Positions 56,176 to 64,000 of a stretch of DNA of 64,000 nucleotides are shown here, in pieces. The stretch comes from Hyalangium minutum (GTDB taxonomy: Bacteria; Myxococcota; Myxococcia; Myxococcales; Myxococcaceae), in the NCBI RefSeq assembly GCF_000737315.1, contig NZ_JMCB01000006.1:806001-870000 (forward strand), in the 5' to 3' direction. Within the stretch, counting starts at the first letter, position 1, and each line of letters starts with the position of its first letter. Under the pieces are notes generated by a model, which was not told where the DNA came from, did not search any database, and saw only the letters and a program-made list of their open reading frames with translations. The position numbers and the translations under genes are program-made.

Positions 56176-57042
56176 ATGAGCAAGCGTGACATGGAGCCAG
56201 GCATCCTCACCGAGCTGGCGGGCCATACCACTTATGGAGAGTACCTGCAGCTGGACCGGGTGCTGGCCGCCCAGGTGCCGCGCTCCCAGCCGCCTCACCA
56301 TGATGAGATGCTCTTCATCATCCAGCATCAGACGAGCGAGCTGTGGATGAAGCTGCTCATCCATGAGCTGACGGCCTGCATCCGCTATGTGCAGTCGGAC
56401 AAGCTGGAGCCCTCGTTCAAGATTTTCGCGCGCGTGGGCCACATCCAGCGCATGCTCTTCGAGCAGTGGAGCGTGCTGGAGACGCTCACGCCCAATGAGT
56501 ACCTGGAGTTCCGTGGCGCGCTGGGCGCGGCCTCGGGCTTCCAGAGCTTCCAGTACCACGCGGTGGAGATGCTGCTGGGCATGAAGGAGGCCAAGGTGCT
56601 GGGCCCCTTCAAGCACGTGCCCACCCAGTACGCGGAGCTGGAGCGGCTCTTGGAGTCTCCCAGCCTGTATGACGAGTTCCTCCGCCACCTGGCCCGCATG
56701 GGCCACCCCATCCCCGCGGACCACGCGCAGCGCGACTGGCGCCTGCCCTACGAGAAGAGCGAGGCGGTGGTGGAGGTGTTCCGCCGCATCTACGAGGACA
56801 CCGAGAAGCACTGGGATGCGTATGAGATGTGCGAGAAGCTGGTGGACACCGAGGAGCGCTTTCAGCTCTGGCGCTACCGCCACATGATGACGGTGATGCG
56901 CATCATCGGCTTCAAGCACGGCACGGGCGGCTCCTCGGGCGTGCCCTTCCTGCGCCGGGCCCTGGAGACGCGCTTCTTCCCGGAGCTGTGGGATGTGCGC
57001 ACCGAGCTGTCGCCCCACCATCCCCGGCGGCCCCACAGCTAA
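56176..57042 (+). CDS. kynA: Tryptophan 2,3-dioxygenase
   Basis: YGEYLQLD, HDEMLFIIQHQTSELW, ASGFQS, IGFKHGTGGSSG. Confidence 0.95.
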   Translation: MSKRDMEPGILTELAGHTTYGEYLQLDRVLAAQVPRSQPPHHDEMLFIIQHQTSELWMKLLIHELTACIRYVQSDKLEPSFKIFARVGHIQRMLFEQWSVLETLTPNEYLEFRGALGAASGFQSFQYHAVEMLLGMKEAKVLGPFKHVPTQYAELERLLESPSLYDEFLRHLARMGHPIPADHAQRDWRLPYEKSEAVVEVFRRIYEDTEKHWDAYEMCEKLVDTEERFQLWRYRHMMTVMRIIGFKHGTGGSSGVPFLRRALETRFFPELWDVRTELSPHHPRRPHS

Positions 57043-57102
57043 GACAGACACCCCTTCATGGTGAGTAGGGTTGCAGGCGCCCTACCCTGCAAGCGTTTGG
57101 AT

Positions 57103-58212
57103 ATGTCCCTGATCCTCGAGAAGGCCACCGCGCTGTGCTACCGCCTGTATGACATCGCGGACGAGATAGACTTGGAGAAGGCTCGCCGGGTGCTCGCCCA
57201 GGATGCGCGGCGCCTGAAGCTCTCGCGCGAGAACAGCCAGTTCATCCAGCTGCCCAACCCTCCCGTGGCCTATGAGCTGGGCCGGCGCGTGCTCGCCCTG
57301 CGCGGCGGACCCGTCACGGTGGATGCCACCGCGCGTCTGTTCGACCATGGCGCCGTCTCCATCATCCTCGCCGTCCCCATCCCCGAGGGCACCACCTTCC
57401 CGCAGCTCACCGGCCTGGCCGACGAGTTCTATGACAGCCAGGCGGTGGAGGCGCTCACCGGCGAGCTGCTCGAGGGTGTGCGCAAGACGATTGCCCCCGC
57501 CGTCCGCGAGCGGAGCGTCTGGGACCAGAACGAGAGCTACACCGTCCTCTTCGTCGAGCGCATCCGCGGCAATCCCTCCGCCGATGAGATTTTCGCGGGC
57601 GCGGAGCTGGCCCGCTTGCTGCTGGGTGAGGTGGACTCCAAGCCCCTGTCCCGCGGCGAGAGCGAGGCCATTGCCCAGTACCGCTTCAGCTACTCGGCCG
57701 AGGACCTGGTCGTCATCGACTGGAACAGCGCCTTTGTTTATGAGCCCTCGGGCTCGCGCGACATTCCAGACCTGCTCGAGATCGCCAACGCGCAGCTCCT
57801 GGAGTTCCGCTTTTACGACGAGGTGCTGGATGGGCACATCGCCCGCATTCACGACGAGGTGCAGGCCCGGAAGCATGGCCTGCTCTCGCTCTTCCGCAGC
57901 CCGTACCGGGACTTGGTGCGCGACGCGCTCTCCACCCTGGTGGATCTCAACGAGTTCATCGAGCGGGTGGAGAACAGCCTGAAGATCATTGGAGATTTCT
58001 ACCTGGCCAAGGTCTACGAGGCGTCGGTGAGGAGGCTGCGCATCCCCGCCTGGCAGGCCTCTGTTACCCGCAAGCACCACCTGCTGGAGCAGACGTATGG
58101 GCTGCTCAAGGGGGAGGTGGACACGGCGCGCTCCCTCACGCTGGAGACGACCATTGTCGCACTCATCGTTTTAGAAATTGCCTTGGCATTTCTGAGGGTT
58201 TTCGAGCACTGA
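57103..58212 (+). CDS. Hypothetical protein (RMD1/DUF155-like) with C-terminal TM
   Basis: YRLYDIADEIDL, FDHGAVSI, LVVIDWNSAF, LETTIVALIVLEI. Confidence 0.7.
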   Translation: MSLILEKATALCYRLYDIADEIDLEKARRVLAQDARRLKLSRENSQFIQLPNPPVAYELGRRVLALRGGPVTVDATARLFDHGAVSIILAVPIPEGTTFPQLTGLADEFYDSQAVEALTGELLEGVRKTIAPAVRERSVWDQNESYTVLFVERIRGNPSADEIFAGAELARLLLGEVDSKPLSRGESEAIAQYRFSYSAEDLVVIDWNSAFVYEPSGSRDIPDLLEIANAQLLEFRFYDEVLDGHIARIHDEVQARKHGLLSLFRSPYRDLVRDALSTLVDLNEFIERVENSLKIIGDFYLAKVYEASVRRLRIPAWQASVTRKHHLLEQTYGLLKGEVDTARSLTLETTIVALIVLEIALAFLRVFEH

Positions 58213-58343
58213 GGCCTGAACTTCCGGCCAGCGCTTCCATTTATCAGTCAACGCCTCACCAGAAGGACTCGGCAAGTTGGGGCGTCTCATGAAAGACTCT
58301 CAGCCAGCGGGGTTTATGAGAACCCGGCTGGGGGGGGAGTCCC

Positions 58344-61244
58344 ATGTTCATGCCCGAGGGCGACCTCGCGGCGGCCGCGGAAGGTGTGGCGCGAGCGCTG
58401 GAGTTGCTCGTGTCGGCGCCCTCCGTGCGGGCGGTGTTCGAAGAGGTGGGCCGCTGGACCGCGAGGGTCCTGGCGGCGGATCACTGTTCGATCAGCTGGA
58501 AGAGCCCGGACGGCACGCTCCACACCTTTGCTACGGCCGGGCTGTCCGAAGAGGCGGCCAGCGCGTATGCGGCGCTGTGGATGGGCGCCATCCAGGCAGT
58601 GCCGGGTGTTGCTCAGCCCCGCCTTGTCGAGGACCTGGGAGCCGATGCACTGCTGGAAGGCGAGCCCTCCCTGCGTGAGCGGTTGGGCATGCGGTCCCTG
58701 GTGGCGCTCCCGCTGGCCGTCCCGGAGGGCACGCGCCTGGGGGCGCTCGTGGCCTGGTTCCAGGCCGTACATGTCCCCTCCCCGCCTGCGTTACGCAGCG
58801 CGGGCCTCTGCGCGACGCTGGTCAGCCTGGTGCTGGAGCGGGAACATCTGCGGGAAGAGGTGCGCCGCTCTGAGCAGGCCCGCGCCAAGGCGGAGCGGGC
58901 CGAGGGGCTCCGCCTCAGCCGCTTCCAGGCGGTGACGGAGGGCTTCGGCCGCGCCCTCACTCGCAACGAGGTGGCGCGGGTGGTGCTGGACCTGGGGATT
59001 CCCGCCCTGGGAGCGATGACGGGGCTGGTGCACCTGGTGCAGCCGGATGGGCAGGGCGTGGAGCTCGCCGCGTCGGTGGGCGTGGCGCCCGAGGTGGAGG
59101 CAGCGCTCCGCCTGCTGCCGCGGCAGGGGAACATGCCCGGCTACGACGCGGCGCGCACCCGGCAGCCGGTGTGGCTGGAGTCCCGCGAGGCGCTTCATGC
59201 CCGCTATCCGGACATGGCCCTGGGCTTGGACTCAGCCGAGGCCTGTGCCTTCCTGCCGCTGCTGGTGGAGGGCAAGGTGCTGGGGGTGCTCGCCTTGGGG
59301 TTCGAGACGCCCCGGCGGTTCACCGAGCCGGAGCAGACCTCCATGCTCGGGCTGGCGCGCCAGTGCGGGCTGGCCCTGGAGCGCTCCCTGCTCTACGAGC
59401 GCGAGCACGCGGCGCGGCTCCAGGCGGAGGCGGCCGGGCTGCGGATGCGCCTGCTGGCGGACGCCAGCGCGTTGCTGTCCCGCTCGATCGAGTGGAAGGA
59501 GACCGTGAATGGCGTGGCGCGGCTGGCGCTGGGCATCTTCGCGGACTGGTGCTCGGTGGACGTGTCCGCGGAGGGCAGCCAGGCACGCCAGGTCACCCTG
59601 CTGCACGCGGATCCGGCCCGGGCCTCGCTGACCCAGGAGCTCTCGCGCTACCGGCTTGACCTCACCCACTTCTCCTCGATTGAAGCGGTGCTGCGCACGG
59701 GCCGCTCCTATCTGGAGCCTCAGCTCACGCCAGAGCGGCTGGCCAAGCTCACGGGCAACTCCCGCTCCCTGCAGCTCCTCAAGGAGCTGGGGGCGCAGTC
59801 CTTCATCACCGCGCCCCTGGTGGCCCGGGGGCGCACCCTGGGCGCCGTCTCCTTCATCCGCGGCGCGGGCAAGCCGCCCTATGGCCCGGAGGACCAGGCG
59901 CTGGCCGAGGAGCTGGCGAGCCGGGCCGCGCTCGCCATGGACAACGCGCGGCTCTTCGAGCAGCGCCGCGAGGCCGAGGAGGAGAGCCGGCAGAGCGCCG
60001 CGCGCCTGCACCTGCTGGTGCAGGTGAGCCAGCTGGTGGCCGAGGCGGGGTTGGATCTCGAGCAGGTGGTGGATGTGCTGGTCCGCGCGGTGACGCGAGA
60101 GCTGGGCGACTGCTGTCTGCTCCAGCTCGTCTCCGAGGATGGGCAGTACCTGGAGCTGGCCGCCGTGCACCACCCGGACGCCATGGTGCGCGAGCTGCTG
60201 GAGGAGGTGGTGCGCGTGCGCCGGCTGCGCGTGGGCGAGGGGCTCCAGGGCGCCGCCGTCTCCACCGGGCAGACGCTCTTCCTGGGCGCCATGAGCGCCG
60301 CGGCGCTCGAGGGCGTGGGGCCCGAGGCCGCGATGCGCCCCTACTTCGTGCGCCGGGGGCCGCAGGACCTCATCGCCGTGCCGCTGGTGGCTCGGGGGAA
60401 CGCGTGTGGGTGCCTCCTGGTGCTGCGCGACGCACGCGGGCAGCCCTACGGACAGGATGATCAAGTGCTGCTGGAGAGCATCGCCGGCCGCGCGGCGCTG
60501 GCCATCGAGGATGCGCGGCTCTACTCGGCGGCGCTCGACTCCCTGCGGCTGCGCGACGACTTCCTCTCCGTGGCGGGCCACGAGCTGAAGAACCCGCTCA
60601 ACGCGCTCCAGCTCCAGCTGCGCGTGCTGGCGCGCAAGGCCCGCGAGGCGCGGCTCTCGGACAGCCTGGCCGAGCGCGCCGAGCGCGTGGCCCGCACCGG
60701 CGAGCGCCTGGGCGTGCTCATTGAAGACTTGCTGGATGTGTCACGCATCACCGCCGGACAGCTTCAGCTGCAGCTGGGCGAGGTGGACTTGTCGGCGCTG
60801 GCCTCCGAGGGCGTCTCGCGCATGTCCGAGGAGTTCGTCCGGGCCGGCTGCGAGGTGCGCGTCGAGGCGGGCCAGCCGGTGGTGGGGCGCTGGGACCGGC
60901 TGCGGCTGGAGCAGGTGGTGACGAACCTGCTGTCCAACGCCATCAAGTACGGCCGCAGCAAGCCGGTGCTCGTGCGCGTGGAGGTGGCACCCGGGGCGGC
61001 CCGGCTGTCCGTCACGGACCAGGGCTACGGCATCGCCCCCGAGGAGCAGGTCCGCATCTTCCAGCGCTTCCAGCGCGCCGAGGCCACGCGCCACATCCAG
61101 GGCCTGGGCCTGGGCCTGTGGATCTGCCGGCAGATCGCCGAGTCCCACGGGGGCACGCTGCGAGTGGTGAGCGAGCCTGGAAAGGGCTCCACCTTCATCC
61201 TGGAGCTGCCTCGCCCCGAGCCCGGGGTTCCCTCCAACTCCTAG
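58344..61244 (+). CDS. Cytoplasmic sensor histidine kinase with four GAF-like domains
   Basis: Repeated ..PL..RG...G GAF ends; FLSVAGHELKNPL; NLLSNAIKY, DQGYGI, GLGLGL, GKGSTF. Confidence 0.93.
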   Translation: MFMPEGDLAAAAEGVARALELLVSAPSVRAVFEEVGRWTARVLAADHCSISWKSPDGTLHTFATAGLSEEAASAYAALWMGAIQAVPGVAQPRLVEDLGADALLEGEPSLRERLGMRSLVALPLAVPEGTRLGALVAWFQAVHVPSPPALRSAGLCATLVSLVLEREHLREEVRRSEQARAKAERAEGLRLSRFQAVTEGFGRALTRNEVARVVLDLGIPALGAMTGLVHLVQPDGQGVELAASVGVAPEVEAALRLLPRQGNMPGYDAARTRQPVWLESREALHARYPDMALGLDSAEACAFLPLLVEGKVLGVLALGFETPRRFTEPEQTSMLGLARQCGLALERSLLYEREHAARLQAEAAGLRMRLLADASALLSRSIEWKETVNGVARLALGIFADWCSVDVSAEGSQARQVTLLHADPARASLTQELSRYRLDLTHFSSIEAVLRTGRSYLEPQLTPERLAKLTGNSRSLQLLKELGAQSFITAPLVARGRTLGAVSFIRGAGKPPYGPEDQALAEELASRAALAMDNARLFEQRREAEEESRQSAARLHLLVQVSQLVAEAGLDLEQVVDVLVRAVTRELGDCCLLQLVSEDGQYLELAAVHHPDAMVRELLEEVVRVRRLRVGEGLQGAAVSTGQTLFLGAMSAAALEGVGPEAAMRPYFVRRGPQDLIAVPLVARGNACGCLLVLRDARGQPYGQDDQVLLESIAGRAALAIEDARLYSAALDSLRLRDDFLSVAGHELKNPLNALQLQLRVLARKAREARLSDSLAERAERVARTGERLGVLIEDLLDVSRITAGQLQLQLGEVDLSALASEGVSRMSEEFVRAGCEVRVEAGQPVVGRWDRLRLEQVVTNLLSNAIKYGRSKPVLVRVEVAPGAARLSVTDQGYGIAPEEQVRIFQRFQRAEATRHIQGLGLGLWICRQIAESHGGTLRVVSEPGKGSTFILELPRPEPGVPSNS

Positions 61245-61255
61245 CCTCCGGCACG

Positions 61256-61282
61256 GGGCACCTCCCCGAGGTCCCTTTTTTT
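61256..61282 (+). terminator. Rho-independent terminator
   Basis: GGGCACCTC-CCC-GAGGTCCC hairpin followed by T7. Confidence 0.75.
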
Positions 61283-61445
61283 CAGGACTCAACCCGGTGG
61301 GGTGGCGGGGTACGGCTGTACCCGGGGGGGCAACAAACATGGTTTTTCTCTGGACGTTTGATGAATCCTCGACTTGTGTGCGCGCGCTGGTATGGACCGG
61401 GGGCAGCTCTCCGGTGCGCCACAGTCCACCCCGATGGATGATCGA

Positions 61446-63341
61446 ATGAACCGACCCACCTCTCTCTCAAAGCGAATGGGCGCGCCTGCGGCCCGCCTGA
61501 GTCTCCTTGCCGCGCTGGTGCTCAGCACCTCCGCCCTGGCCCAGCCGGCCGGTCTGCCCCAGTTCGAAGTGGAGCGCCTGGAGTTCAATCCCAGCGGCGC
61601 GGGCTCGCTGCTGGTGAACTCCGGCCAGCTGCTGCCGAATGGCCGCTTCCGGCTCTCGCTCGTGGGTCACTACGAGAACAAGCCGCTGACGCCCGAGCTG
61701 ATTGATGCCTCCGTGGAGGGTGGGTTCCGCGAGGTGACGCTGGTGAGCCACCGCACCACGGGCCACCTCATCGCCGCCTACGGCCTGGGCGACACGCTCG
61801 AGGTGGGCCTGCAGGTGCCCCTCATCCTCAGCCAGGAGCAGGGCAACCTGGAAGGCACCGGCTTCGGCCAGCCCACGGGCGGCTTCAAGCTGGGCACGCC
61901 CATCGCCAACTTCAACATCGGCGTGCTGAACCAGTCCGAGGCCATCCCCGTGGACCTGGCGGCCGGCGTGAGCGTGGGCTTCCCCATTGGCAGCGATCGG
62001 GCGCTGGCTCGTGAGAACTCGCTGCGCGCCATTCCCCGCATCATGGTGGGCCGTGAGACCGAGGGCCTGCGCGCGGGCTTCGAGCTCGGCGCCGACCTGC
62101 GTCCGCGCGTGAGCATCGGCGAGGGCGACAACAGCGAGGCCTACAACCGCCTGCGCCTGGGCGCCGCGGTGTCCACCACCGGCGAGGGCCTGCGCTACGA
62201 GGCCGACATCCTCATGTGGATTCCGTTCGGCCACGAGTTCCTCGCCGCTGAGACGCTGGTGGGCGTGCGTGGCCCCGTGTCCAACGACGTCGAGGTGTTC
62301 GCCCTCGGCGGCCTGGGCTTTGGCGACACGCTGGGCAACCCGAACTTCCGCGTGATGATGGGCGCGGCCTTCGGCGGCATGCCGCCCAAGTGCGTGGCGG
62401 GCGCCAAGCACGAGCCCTCGCAGTGCCCGGATCTGGATGACGACAACGACGGCGTGAAGAACCGTGACGACGCCTGCCCCAAGGAGGGTGGCAAGGTGGA
62501 CGCCAAGGGCTGCCCCATTCCGGACCAGGACAAGGACGGCGTGGCGGACTCGGCCGACAAGTGCCCGACGGTGGCTGGCGCCGAGTCGGCGCAGGGCTGC
62601 CCGGACCAGGACGGCGACAGCGTGCCGGACTCCGCGGACAAGTGCCCCGCCCTCAAGGGCTCTCCGGATCGCCAGGGCTGCCCGGACACGGACGGCGATG
62701 GCCTGGATGACGCGGCCGACAAGTGCCCGAACGAGGCCGGTCCGGTGGACCGCCAGGGCTGCCCGGCGAAGGACTCGGACAACGACAAGATTCTCGACGA
62801 GAACGACAGCTGCCCGAACGAGGCCGGTATCCCCGAGCTGAAGGGCTGCCCCGCCAAGGACACGGACAATGACGGCGTGGCCGACCACCTGGACAACTGC
62901 ATCAACCAGGCGGGCCCCGCGGAGAACCAGGGCTGCCCCGCGGCTCAGAAGCAGCTGATCGTCATCAAGCAGGACCGCATCGACATCAAGGACAAGGTGT
63001 ACTTCGACTCGGGTGCGGCCACCATCCAGGCGCGCTCCAACGCGCTGCTGGACCAGATGGCCAAGGTGCTCGGCGAGCACCCGGAGATCACCAAGGTCAT
63101 CATCGAGGGCCACACGGATGACCGCGGTCCTGCCGAAGTCAACCGCACCCTGTCCCAGCAGCGCGCGGAGGCCGTGCGCGACTACCTGGTGAAGAAGGGC
63201 GTGGCCGCCGAGCGCTTCGAGGCCAAGGGCTTCGGCCCGGATCGCCCGGTGCAGCCCAACACCACCAACGAGGGCCGCGCCGCCAACCGCCGCGTGGAGT
63301 TCCTCACCCGCTACGCCGAGGACGGCGCGGCGAAGCAGTAA
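61446..63341 (+). CDS. OmpA-family outer membrane protein with beta-barrel and six TSP type-3 Ca-binding repeats (TraB-like architecture)
   Basis: Signal peptide to SALA; DxDxDG..D..D.CP x6; VYFDSG, IEGHTD, NRTLSQQRA, NRRVEF. Confidence 0.88.
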   Translation: MNRPTSLSKRMGAPAARLSLLAALVLSTSALAQPAGLPQFEVERLEFNPSGAGSLLVNSGQLLPNGRFRLSLVGHYENKPLTPELIDASVEGGFREVTLVSHRTTGHLIAAYGLGDTLEVGLQVPLILSQEQGNLEGTGFGQPTGGFKLGTPIANFNIGVLNQSEAIPVDLAAGVSVGFPIGSDRALARENSLRAIPRIMVGRETEGLRAGFELGADLRPRVSIGEGDNSEAYNRLRLGAAVSTTGEGLRYEADILMWIPFGHEFLAAETLVGVRGPVSNDVEVFALGGLGFGDTLGNPNFRVMMGAAFGGMPPKCVAGAKHEPSQCPDLDDDNDGVKNRDDACPKEGGKVDAKGCPIPDQDKDGVADSADKCPTVAGAESAQGCPDQDGDSVPDSADKCPALKGSPDRQGCPDTDGDGLDDAADKCPNEAGPVDRQGCPAKDSDNDKILDENDSCPNEAGIPELKGCPAKDTDNDGVADHLDNCINQAGPAENQGCPAAQKQLIVIKQDRIDIKDKVYFDSGAATIQARSNALLDQMAKVLGEHPEITKVIIEGHTDDRGPAEVNRTLSQQRAEAVRDYLVKKGVAAERFEAKGFGPDRPVQPNTTNEGRAANRRVEFLTRYAEDGAAKQ

Positions 63342-63386
63342 CCTCCGGCGGTCTCCCCGGCTGAAGGGCCGGGGGCCCGCGCGGTG

Positions 63387-63441
63387 AGAGGCCGAGGCTC
63401 CGTACCCCTCGAGGGGCGCGGCACCTCGGCCTCTTCCTTTT
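63387..63441 (+). terminator. Terminator-like hairpin
   Basis: AGAGGCCGAGG/CCTCGGCCTCT 11-bp arms followed by TCCTTTT. Confidence 0.6.
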
Positions 63442-63937
63442 GGAGCAGGCAGGGGAGGGAGCGCCGTTGGGTCCCGACGACTGGCATGTCAGCGATGGGC
63501 CTGACGCGTCAGCGTCTGAAACCGACGCACCGCCGCTCTGATGCGAGGCACGGGCCTCTCTGCGGCGAAGCGCGACATCCGCACCCCACGGCGCCGCCCA
63601 AGTGCCTGGAACTCCTCACTGCCGAGGGGAGGACACCCGGCTGTGGCAGAACGCGACAGTGCCGCGTCATGCTCCACGCGCCGAGAGGCGAAGGGGGCCG
63701 TGCACTCCATGATTTCGATGGGTTGCTGGCTCGGTTGGAGCGGCACCGGCTTTGCTGGATAGCCAACGGACCCATTGAAGTCTTGGCGGGGAAGTGGAAA
63801 ACCGCCCCACTCACGGTTAACTCGCGCCACCTCGTGCCCCCCCGGGGATGCAGCCAGAACGCTCCTCGATTGACATGCCCTGAAACTGGCTCCGCGCCCT
63901 TGGCCCATCTTGTTGACTCTGCTGGAAAGACCACGAC

Positions 63938-64000
63938 ATGACTGAAGACACACCGCTCGCGGGCTCGTTCGAAGGAGACACCCGCCGGGCGCTCCAGAAG
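63938..64000 (+). CDS. Possible start of a gene running off the window
   Basis: ATG MTEDTPLAGSFEGDTRRALQK open to the end; weak RBS. Confidence 0.3.
   Translation, partial: MTEDTPLAGSFEGDTRRALQK

Overview
This is a GC-rich myxobacterial chromosome segment (Cystobacterineae-like) from the origin-proximal region. The conserved core is mnmG, an intergenic DnaA-box-like cluster, rsmG, five parS palindromes, parA, parB and bacM. Housekeeping genes include egtB-egtD, fdhD-mobB-moeA/mobA, amrS, a P450, a GH15, proline dehydrogenase, vegA, kynA, a 4xGAF histidine kinase and a TraB-like OmpA protein. Accessory modules are interspersed: two SitA5-like lipoprotein AHH-nuclease toxin/Imm11 immunity pairs plus a third partial Imm11, three Ser/Thr kinases, and a kinase-DUF2381-XRE module. 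Four loci stand out. (1) 42.3-49.3 kb: a nitrilase-fold enzyme, a winged-helix regulator behind a perfect palindrome, and a ~1700-aa ParA-like ATPase/Mrr-like nuclease/NACHT/pentapeptide/14xWD40 NLR-like protein, a candidate undescribed immune system. (2) 32.1-37.7 kb: an FHA-like sigma54 activator with two HTHs, a repeat enhancer, a consensus sigma54 promoter and an unannotated 38-aa Ser/Thr/Gly-rich peptide facing a membrane kinase-TPR protein. (3) 12.6-14.0 kb: a membrane-anchored XRE protein translationally coupled to a membrane-anchored J-domain protein. (4) 14.2-14.4 kb: a type I toxin-like 46-aa membrane peptide behind a structured leader. All family calls come from motif recognition by eye; no searches were run.
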